DNA of 64,000 nucleotides from Oopsacas minuta (lineage: Eukaryota; Animalia; Porifera), in the NCBI GenBank assembly GCA_024704765.1, contig JAKMXF010000133.1, positions 62,001 to 126,000 of the forward strand. Reading direction: 5' to 3'. A model generated the notes under the pieces. The model was not told where the DNA came from, made no database searches, and saw only the letters and a program-made list of their open reading frames with translations. Below are positions 23,913 through 34,900 of the stretch, in pieces (positions within the stretch are counted from its first letter, which is position 1; every line of letters begins with the position of its first letter). The translations under genes and the position numbers were made by a program.

Positions 23913-24878
23913 CTATGTTAGTCTCTCATACTCTCCTTTCCTCTTCATTCTGAATCGGCCAATCGCGTACAAGATTAAGAGAATCAGGACAAACCCCGCC
24001 AAAATTCCTGCCACAATTATTGGCACGAAAAGTGGTATGCCACTTGGTTCACAGCTGTCCACAAATTTGAAATCAAAATGAGTTAAATTGAGGGCAAAAG
24101 GTTGTAACGTATATGTAGAAATATTAAGCCATGTCATAGTTCCATTTTCATATTTGTTAGGTTCCGGATTGAGTATGATAACAAGAGGTTTGTCACAGGT
24201 GGAAGCACGGCGGATATCAGAGGTGATAGTTTTAGCTCGATGTTTAGTTATATTTCTTGTGTAAGTAATCACGGACATATTTTGATATAAATATGTGACA
24301 CTCTCCAAATACCATTTGTCAAGAGAACGAATACCGTCGCCATTTTCCTTTTGATTCAACAAAAATGTAATATTTAGTTCATATTTGTTGTCACCTTTTC
24401 CCGCCCATTTTAAATTCAAGGCAGACCTGTCAAAGTTGCTATTTATAGAAGCGGGACACATTCCTGAAATAGTAACTTCGCTAGGACCAGGGATGACAAC
24501 TGATGAATTATATGATTTGTTATTTTTGGTGAAGTTAGAGAGCAAGAAGATTTGTTTAGTCACACATAGCTTTACACACGGATTGTTAGACTTGGTGTAG
24601 TTAAATGAGTAACACATCTGTTGAGGTGTTGGTGGACCATGTGTTGATGTCGGTTTGACTGTGGAATGTGGCACAGTGGTAGCAGATGTGCTACGAAGTG
24701 GAAACATTGTGAATGAAGCTATGTCAGTGGTTTGTGTCTGTGTGCTCGAGGCATGTGTGGTGGAATTGGGCGCAAAGGTGGTACTGGATGGCAGAGAGAC
24801 TGGTACGACTGTCAAGTTGTCCTGTAGACCAAATGTTGTTGCTATGAATAGCGACAGTAAACAAATACGAAACATCAT
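23913..24878 (-). CDS. LAMP-domain glycoprotein paralog 3 with mucin-like stalk (CD68-like layout)
   Basis: Signal peptide, about 70 aa of S/T/P-rich stalk, the LAMP Cys pattern, YTLQPF, TM VPIIVAGILAGFVLILLILYAIGR and tail EYERLT. Confidence 0.85.
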   Translation of the reverse strand: MMFRICLLSLFIATTFGLQDNLTVVPVSLPSSTTFAPNSTTHASSTQTQTTDIASFTMFPLRSTSATTVPHSTVKPTSTHGPPTPQQMCYSFNYTKSNNPCVKLCVTKQIFLLSNFTKNNKSYNSSVVIPGPSEVTISGMCPASINSNFDRSALNLKWAGKGDNKYELNITFLLNQKENGDGIRSLDKWYLESVTYLYQNMSVITYTRNITKHRAKTITSDIRRASTCDKPLVIILNPEPNKYENGTMTWLNISTYTLQPFALNLTHFDFKFVDSCEPSGIPLFVPIIVAGILAGFVLILLILYAIGRFRMKRKGEYERLT

Positions 24879-25055
24879 TTGATTGGCTAACAAATATAAC
24901 TATTCATATTTTAGTAACTAAATATCTCCATGGCAACGCCAGGAATGTGGCAATTGATAACTGTAAAGTGTCTGTGACACAATAAAGTAACATATATAGC
25001 ATGATTTTAATCTAACAAGTGGCATAAAGTGGCACATAAGTGTATACGTCTAAGC

Positions 25056-25802
25056 CTAATTCGGAATTAGCCTTTCATAACGTCTGTAATTCTTTCTGGA
25101 GAAACGACGGATCAGAAAAGTGAAAACTAAAAATAGAACAAACATTCCTAGGATACCAGATACTATGATTGGAATGTAGAATGGGATTCCACCTGTTTTA
25201 CAATTTGACACATATTTGAACTCAAATTGTGTGTCACTTAGATTGAAAGGTTGTACAGCTAAATCTGTCAAACGAATAGTGGCATCAAGGTGTGAAAAGT
25301 GTCCTCTAAGTGGCAGAGTAAGTGGAGAGACACATTTATAATACTGTCTGGCATGTGCGTAGAAACTTGGATAACTTGACGACAGGATATATTCATAGGA
25401 ATGTATCGAGTTAATACTCACATGAATTTGATAAATATACCAAATATCCTGAGTGCTATAAATAGTATCATTCGTTGTTACTAAATTTAGACGAAAAAGA
25501 ATGGAAATTTTGAATTTTAGACTTGAATTGGACCAATAAAATGTCAGGGATGATACCATGAAATCGGAACCAACTCTAATTGGACATGAACCTGAAATAT
25601 TCTCAAAGTTATGCATACTAATATTATAATCCTTAGTTCCATTATGAACTAAAGTTAGTTCCAGGTCTTGTATGCATAATTTCACGCATGGTTGTCTTGT
25701 GGATGTAATATTAGATGAATAGCAGGTGATAGTTGAAGTGGTTGATAATGTGGCACAAGTCTTTGCCATCAAGAATGCCACTAAGATAAATAATACTTTC
25801 AT
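25056..25802 (-). CDS. LAMP-domain glycoprotein paralog 4
   Basis: Signal peptide, GSC, YYKC, LAVQPF, TM IPIIVSGILGMFVLFLVF and tail RYERLIPN. Confidence 0.82.
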   Translation of the reverse strand: MKVLFILVAFLMAKTCATLSTTSTITCYSSNITSTRQPCVKLCIQDLELTLVHNGTKDYNISMHNFENISGSCPIRVGSDFMVSSLTFYWSNSSLKFKISILFRLNLVTTNDTIYSTQDIWYIYQIHVSINSIHSYEYILSSSYPSFYAHARQYYKCVSPLTLPLRGHFSHLDATIRLTDLAVQPFNLSDTQFEFKYVSNCKTGGIPFYIPIIVSGILGMFVLFLVFTFLIRRFSRKNYRRYERLIPN

Positions 25803-25985
25803 CTAATTAAATAAAGGTAAATCGATTAGTGGACCCTACGGACACTTTGGGGGTCGGAATGGACAGTTCCATTGTATAAAAAAGGTGTGAAATGGCATTG
25901 AGACATATATTAATTTGTGTCACATTTAGGACACAATCGAAACTACCCAACTCCCGATAAAAGGTGTGAAGTAGTGGCACAATAA

Positions 25986-28900
25986 TTATGTAAGACTATC
26001 CAAAAAAGTACTCAACTTTTCTTGAAAACTGCTACCGACACAATCCAGCATACGAACCACAGGGAACTTGTCAGATCCAAAATAGCCATTTTCGAAACCG
26101 GAACTAATTAAGAAATTGTTTGGAAATGAAAGCGACACATTCACCACACGTGCTGTCACATTATTCAGGAATGATAGAGTTGAGTTGAGTTGTATAAGTG
26201 GCATACATGGCTGCAGAGGTGACAAATATATAAGCAACCAATTTGTGTCTTGTGAGAAAAATTCCACAATTTTTTGTGTCCAATTTCTTAACAAACACCT
26301 TCTTAGGAAAACTGGAAATCTTTGAGAATCCACCGAGAAAATAATCGTATTATCTTCAGTTCCATTTGGAACAATATTGTACATAGTTCCTGTCTTTGGT
26401 TCCAGTTCAAGTGTCACTATTTCTGTTTGAGAATACCTTTCAAAAAGTGGCACAATAGTTTGGGAGGGTGACAATTCATCAGGCAGACTTAGTTCTACTA
26501 AGATAGGACACAATTTTAGTTCCGAATTAATAGTTCCACATGTGCTATGTATATAATTCAACAAGTCTGTTAGTAGTATAGCTTCTTGTAGTTTATTAAG
26601 GACACTGGTCTGCTCGAAATCTAGAAAGATTAGGAAATTACGCGCGTAAAGTTTACCCGCCTAACTGGAACTATTCTTAAAATTAGGCGGAATATTTTCA
26701 CAGGTCTTGGGTGGCTTATAGTGACCCCATGGTGTCAAAAATTGGTTCAAAAGAGGAACTTTTGACCTATAGTCCCACTTTAGTTCCTCATAACACATTG
26801 CAAAACGGAACTAATCATATTTTGTCACCTAGTTGCGTCATAGTTCCACTTCACCAATTAAACACAAACATTCCATACGGTCTTACTGTTGTGTGGAAGT
26901 AGCTGGTTGCTATGGTGAATGGAATGTTTCCCTCTACTAGAAGAGATAGAGTCATCACTGACAGGAACATAGGCTGCATTAGGACCATCTAGCCTACGCT
27001 CTAGCGTCTGGAATTGAGAGGGTGCGGGTACAGGGTAGGGGACTGTCTCTGTGTGCCGATGTAATTGTCTCAGAGCATCACACACGAATAGATACAGTGC
27101 ACGAATAGGTTCTGGTATTGGTTCCATATTGTTAGTGTCAGACATGTCGTCATCATTGTCACCCTGTTGGATACAGTGAAGAGAAAGCCATCTGTCCTCT
27201 CTTAACTGAATATGCAGCTGTCCGTCACATACGTATACGGGGCGGACTTGTTGCTAAAAATAGAATAGGAACCATAAATGTTATTCGTTGTTTGGAGGAA
27301 TGGAATGGCAGTATTTGTGGCATGAATATGGCATGGAAATGAAGAGAATGTAACATTTGTGGCTTACTTGAGAATATGCATCTATCATCAGCTGAGAAAA
27401 CACCTCTTGATGAAAGAAAGTCAGCTGAGCTTTGTACAGCTGTGTCTGCCACTCTGGGAGGTCAGGAGGTGGTCTGAGACCGTACCACCCATCCCTCTCC
27501 ATTTGTTTCCAGTCCAAACGGGGAGAGGACCGGACTGGCTCAGTATGGAGGTACACAAACAGGGCAGATCTAAAAGGTGTGAAAATATGATAAATTAATA
27601 TGTTATCGGCTACGTAACTATGGAAACTCCTGAAATGTTACCTGGTTAGCAACTCCTGTGGAATGTCTAACGTGACAGGACAAAATGCCACTCCTCTGCC
27701 ACTTGTGCCTTTATGAGATGGATCAGCTGTTTTACGTACTAAGAATCGTCCTTTCTCTTGAATTCTAGCTCCAGCCGAGTGATAGGTGAGATCTCCCATT
27801 ATGCAATCCTATCAAGTAAACGAGTAAACAAACAAGTAAACAAGTCAACAAATCAATAAACAGGTATATAAATATCAAGGTTGAAACCGCTCAAACCGAA
27901 TATCAGTATCCACGAATAGTAGCCTAACCGAATACTGATATTATTCGCTTGCAACCTTGACAAACAAGTAAACAAACAAGTAAACAAACAAGTAAACAAC
28001 TTACCTGTGTTCTAACAAGTCTCCAATTCTCTCTTAAACTCCATAAACAATTATGAAAAGCATTTTCACTTCCATTTTTAGCGCCTAAACAATTCTTCAA
28101 ATCATTAGCCCCGCTCAATAAAATATCAGCTGATTTTAAAAGTGTCTCTCTTGCTTTCATCAAAGATTTGCCAGAAGTGGCACGCTTATGTGGCAGAAGT
28201 GGCACTTCCAGTGGTGTCTGTCCCGATACGGAAGCCACTGCCTTTAACTCCAAATAGTTAGGACATTTGTTTACGATCTAGAAAACAACAATTTGTGTAA
28301 ACAAAGACAATTAACAACAAAACCTAAAAGTGTCTGAAATTAGTGACCCTATGGGTACATCCAAATACGCACCCATTGGCCAATTCTGAGGTGACAGGAC
28401 CTTTGTATAAATACAAAGAATAATTCAGAAAATTGTGTCTGTTAAGTAACTAAAGAGGAAATTGATTTGGCGCCTGTATTCACAGTTAATAAAGCGCCAA
28501 ATGAAAATATAAAAGGCGCCAAACGAGAAGAAAGAACGCTAAAGTGACAAGGTGAAATTTAAGCGCCATTCACTGGTAAGATTATAGATAAAATGGCGGT
28601 ATTATAACTACAAAGGAATCTGACACTTATCCATTGTGTCGCTAATAAATGGCGCCTGTTTAAATAATTCTACTAATCAAATTGAAACATAAAATGAGGA
28701 AAAGATATTGGCTGAAATATTTATGTATACAAAATGCGTTAAAAGTGGCATAAAGTGGCATAAAGTGGCATAAAGTGGCATAAAGTGGCATATAAAAACT
28801 AACTATTTCAAGAAATAATCAGAATTAATCTAGTATTCATTGGTTAGCTAGTATGGATAAGGAGAGCCATTCAACAACATTATAGTGATTCAAAATATTC

Positions 28901-31900
28901 AGCCACTCTTCAATTCGAAATCCACTTCGTGTGCCACTTATTAAAGTTCCTAAGTATGCCACTAGCGCGGTCTTATCCTCTGATAAACAAACCAATAAAT
29001 AACAAAATAATAATGTATTAAAAGCATATATTATAAACCCATAAATTGATATAAACATAACAATATTCGGCTGTCTGGATAGATTCAATGGTTGTTATTT
29101 TGTTTAAATTTACATATGATTAATCTGGAACCTTGTGTCAATATTAAGTTATAGATAAGCGGACACATTTGACCTTCTGTTTGTACACAGGTCCACTATG
29201 CAGTCACTGGCGGCCCAGGGGGGAAGCCGGTCACACCTGTCAATTGTGACACAATTTCTTACCAAATGTGTCCTAATTAAGTGTCGTATTCTGTATTCCT
29301 TAATAGAATGGCAGGAAAATCAGAAGGAGCCAGTGCTGAACGGATAAAAGAGCTATCGGACATGTTCAAGAGCTTTGACAAGGACGGAGACGGTAGGATT
29401 ACCTTTTTAGAATTGAAAGAGGCCCTTGAGAGTATCGGTGATTACAAAAGTGAAAAAGATATCAGAGATATGATCAACGAAGTGGACCAAGACAAAAATG
29501 GCACAATTGAGTTCAACGAATTCGCGATATACTTTGATAAAAATATTAAAGAAATGCAAGCAAGACGAGATGAAATGGAACTAACTTTTAACACCTTTGA
29601 CATTGATGGAGATGGTTTCATAACTTTCAAAGAGCTGACAACAGTGTTCTCAAGTATGGGTGAGGATATGAGCGAACAAAGTGTTAAAGATATGATAACA
29701 AAAGTGGACTTGAATCATGACGGGAAATTAGACTTCAACGAATTTACTAAACTTTGGAAAAAACTGAATACAGAAGACGACAATTAATATATTAATAATA
29801 TTTGTTACTATTTTTAGATTTGTGTGTGGTGAATTATAAGAAATTACCCGCCAAATATTCCAGCTCTGTTAGTATTGTCGACTCATAGCAACGGTTATGG
29901 TATCTAGGAATGTGGTGATTAAAATATAGATAGACTCAATTGGGAGATAAAGACCAATTATCATTCACTAGACAAAATGTGAAAACCCTAAAATTGCTTC
30001 GCGTGCCATATTTTCTCAGAAATTTGGAGACACAATTAAAATAGCTCATTTTGCGACGAATCACTATCAACCAATCAATTCGTTGTGCAGAACCCACGAT
30101 TTCACATTTGAACGAAGTATGTGATAAAGGATCAAATAGGCCTTATAGTAATTGAATAAATAAGCGCTAAATCACTTAGATACATAAATATGGACAATTT
30201 GGAAATAGGCCTTGAGAAATATTCCCTAGAATATGTGAAGACACAAGTTGGTAAGTAGCCAATCAAGTAAATGGGTTCGGAGACCAATCAAATTATAGTA
30301 AATTGGCCAATGGAATTATAGAGTTGTGGCAAACGAAATTTTGGACTCAAAATTCTCAAAAAAATTCTTACAAAAATTCTCAAAATTCTTATATTACAAA
30401 TAAAGCTAGGCTAATATTATATTACAAATGATTCCAGATACCAATTTAATTTTGGCGCTAAATTAATGATGATTAGTCTAAGACATGATTGCATAACAAC
30501 AGATCAGGTGGAATGGAATTAATTAGCTGAGGTAAATTCCTTAAGTTTGATTGCTTAAAATTATCACAAAATGTGTTTGAATATTCAAAAACGGTGTGTG
30601 ACACATTTGTGCCACACAAAAGGAAATATTACCCAAAAGTGGTTGTTCAATAAATGAAAATTCTTTAATCAAACTTAATTAGAACTGAATTTAATTAATC
30701 CACAGCTAAATGGTACAAACAACCCGCCATAACTTAGCGCTAAATTTATTCCATGTAACAAACCCAAATCAGCCAATCAACAGCTTTGATCCTAAATATG
30801 CCCAAGCTTTAGCCAATAAGAATTGAGTATTTAAGCTCGAATAATACACAATTTTATATAACATTAAGCTGTGAGAATTGTGGCATAAATATTCATATTT
30901 TAAAGCTATTAAGATAATCTAATTAGTGGAAATTAGCAGGTATTTATCAGCTTTAATTAATTTAGCATTTTTTCTTTTTGTGTCACAGAGTGACTGTTGA
31001 GCCACTTCCTGTTGAATTAACCACTTTGGGCAGGAAATCATAGTGTCATTTTAAGTGGCGCATTAAACCAATACGACATACTTCACACCTTATATATTAT
31101 TCTCTTAAATAGAACGAATGACAGAGAGCATAGACAACTACTTCACACCTCAGGAATTAGAAATGTTCCGCCTAACATTCAATATATTCGACAAAGACAA
31201 CGACAGCAAGCTCCACCTCGAGGAGGCCAAAGTGGCATTGGACAAAATAGGCGAGAAATTGACACAAGAAGATTATGTGACACTTCTAGTGATGTGTGAA
31301 TGTGTCAATATGACAGCAATCGAATTTCCAATCTTCAAATTATTGGTATTTAAAAAGCGGGAACTTGAGATCTACACAGCTGACACAATTGACAATTTTG
31401 GCGGGCTTAATTCCCGCGAAGAACTTCAAGAAATTATGCAAGAATTAGGCGCCAATAAAACTGATGCGGAATTCGATCAGATGTTTCGAGGCGCCAAAAT
31501 GAATGAAGACAATGAAATAACTCTGTTGGAGTATGTTCGAATTCTAAATATGAGTAATCAATAGGTGTTTGTTGTTGTTGATTATTGTTTATTTGTATAA
31601 AGTTATTAATAAAATTACAATCAAATCAAACAGTCAGTTAAGCTAACAATTGGATCGGCTAACGAATCTCGTAAAAGTGTGACATATCTAACTTAATAGT
31701 GTCACATCGGGATCTGGCCATGTTAACTGGAACTAATTAACACTTTGCATAGTTCTGTTTCTGGACAAGTGGCCTGGTTAACAGATGGCTCTATTAAACG
31801 GAGAATTCAATATGAATAAAATGTGTGAAAACTTCAAAGAAGCCGAACATTAGAATTTAATAGAAAAGTATTTCAAACCTTTTATGTGTCAGTCAATGGT

Positions 31901-34900
31901 TTCATATATGAATAATGAAAAGTTATAAATTCTAACTATTTTATTGAAGTTAAAGAAAAATTATTGAGTGTACTCATTGGATATTTATTCCTTAGGTAAG
32001 TAACCTCCCCCCATATAGCTGCCAGTGGTCCCACTATTGGTCCACCATTACTGGCGCCAAACTGCCACTTCATGTAGTGGTCACTTCCATAAGGTTCACT
32101 TTGGACAATCTCTTCGATGGTAGTTATAAACAAGTCTGAATGTATATGTAACGTCAAATCGACTGCTGTCTATGAAGACTTATTTTTTCGTATTTCTAGC
32201 GAATTACATGTAGTCAGGGGTTTATACAGGAATTTCTGGGCCGGCACCTCTTTTACAGTGGCTTTCTATGGATGGCACAGTTTTGGGTGGTAACACATTG
32301 AGTCTGATGTTCGGCACTTTGTTTCCTTCCTGGATGCTGAAATGACACTTTTAGGTGCCCGCCAAGCACCTAGATAAACCCCTGACTTGTAGGTGCAATA
32401 CTTTTTGTTTACACATAACTGTGTTTTATATTAACAGTGAACCGTTTTGTTATTATTGTTATTTATGTCTCTAACTTAAGGGATATTAAAATGCTCCGTA
32501 AAATTTGTTTCTCCGTCAATTTTCTGAATTCATTGGCAGCACTGGTTTGATTGTGTATGTAAGTATGGATTATGCCACCTTTAGAAGACATAAAATGGCA
32601 CAATTATATAACAATGGAACAATGAATTAAGTAATTAGAATAACAAAATACAAAAGTAACAAATTATATCTCAAATTCCAACACCCAAATAATCAATTCC
32701 AAGAAAACTGGATACTATTCGAATAATACACCACTTATAAATGGCTAAAGTGTGTCGTCAAAACATTTGACAAACTTTAAAGATACAAATGAAATCAGTG
32801 AAATGGATACTTCATAAGAGTGAAAGTATAAATATGAACAAATTCAAAAATAGGCCATTAATTCCAATTCCAACTTCTCTAATACAAAGCACCAATCAAA
32901 ACGTAAGGAAACCTCTGTTATTCTTCAAATTTATAATTTTATAACTAATAATATTATTTAATTAAGCGCTGAAGTTATATCCCGCATTTCCCCGCCTGAA
33001 TTACGAAGTTATACTCTAATACGCGCCTAAATAAAATATAATATATTATAGTTCTGATTTGTGTTTAGATAAAATGGCACAAAAAGTTAATGATGACAGT
33101 CAATTGGCTAAGGAATATGGTATTACAGAGGAACAAGTGGGAGAGTACAGAGAAGCTTTTAGATTATTCGACAAGGACGGAGATGGTACAATAACATGCA
33201 AAGAATTGCTAGCTGTCCTGAATAGCTTAGGACAAAAATGCACCGAAAAAGAGGCAAAGGAAATGATAGCAGAGGTGGACACCGACCAAAACGAGACAAT
33301 CGAACTTGGCGAATTCATACAGATTATGCGGAAAAAACATTCAAAAAAGACCAAAACTGAGGAACTTAAAGAAGCATTCAAATGCTTTGACAAAAATGGT
33401 GACGGTCACATCAGTCACGCAGAACTCAAAGAGGTAATGAAAAGTATGGGACAAGAAATGGACGATTCACAAATCGAGCAGATGATAATAGCAGCTGATA
33501 CAAACTCTGATGGTGAGATAGATTTTGAGGAGTTTAGGCGTATGATGTCTGAAAGTTAACTGTATTTGTTTCCTTAGGCTGTAATTGTTTACTCTTTTGT
33601 GTGTTATGCTAGTATGTGTGGAATATATTTAATAGTATATACTGATTGGCCAATTACTGAAGACACAGGACTAGAGGGTAAACTTATTATTTCACACACA
33701 CATTTTCAAAGTGTCAATCGATTACACATAACTGAACAGTTTCACACACACACATGTATACAGTTAAAGGTATTCGACCCCTTACCCTCTTTAATACTAA
33801 GCATGCCAAACTAAAATCTGATTACTCTGATGTATAATATAGCTATTAGTTATAAACCAGAGAATAAGCGTGAATAAGACTCATTTATGGAGATTGACGG
33901 ATATCTTTGTTCCATGGTCAAATATGAATATCACAAAATATTCGCAATCCTGAAATGGTCGAATACTTTTGTCCTTTAACTGTATGTGTGTATACAGGGG
34001 AGGACATGGTACACACCTGCTAACCTGAGTGAAGAAAATCTTAAATCACCATCTGTGTTGACTTGAATTTTACTAAAGTAATTTCTGTGGATTATTGAAA
34101 GTATATTATTCTGCAAAATATCCATTCTAGCAAAGAAAGATAAAAGTGAATTTTCGAATATTCTTAGTCATTCTAAAATGTTAAAATCGAATTTAACATC
34201 CCTGTTTACCACTATTTAACAATTGGAAGCTAATCTCTAGGATTATTTTGAACTGTTTACCAAAAGGTGTCAAAATATGATTAATCATATGATAAATCAG
34301 TGTATATATATGTAATAGAATGTATTGACCAATAGAATTACAGTCTACATCATTACTAATTAAATTACAAACATTCCACCAAAACTAATTAGAATTGGAA
34401 ACCTACAATCTGATTGGTTAAATACATTGTCTACACCCCTGTTTGTGGCATTTTTGAACTGTGCCCGCTTGGACACAATTTATAACAGATGCCATTTACA
34501 AAATGGGCCCCAGAATCAAATGAAGATAACACCTAAATGTGTCCAAATTCTCAAAAACAAAAGAACTTAAAAATTCATCAAATTCCATTCTCCAAAAGAG
34601 TTGTCGTAATGATCACCGAATTTGTGTTTTAAGTGTCATATACGAAACTATGGTGAATAGCTATATTACTGTAAGGATTCCATTAGTATAAATATGGGTA
34701 ATCTTATTTCGAATATACTACAAATATATTCTATCTTGTGTGTTAACGACCTCACAACAACAACAACAACAACAACAGGTAGTGTTTTTTCATTCGATTG
34801 ATTGTAGTGATATTTGGCATACAGTGGAATCTCCCAAAACGGACAATCCTCTTCTCCAACGGACAGAAGCGATGTCCCCTACGTGTCCGCTGTTCGGAGA

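Noticed and set aside
28837-29088. 83-aa hydrophobic ORF in the MED17 intron
   Set aside because: No recognisable domain, its N-terminal half looks intronic (GTTT-rich), and it is not needed for the MED17 frame.
31936-32157. 73-aa ORF in the MED17 intron
   Set aside because: Non-ATG start, no motif, and adjacent to a MITE.
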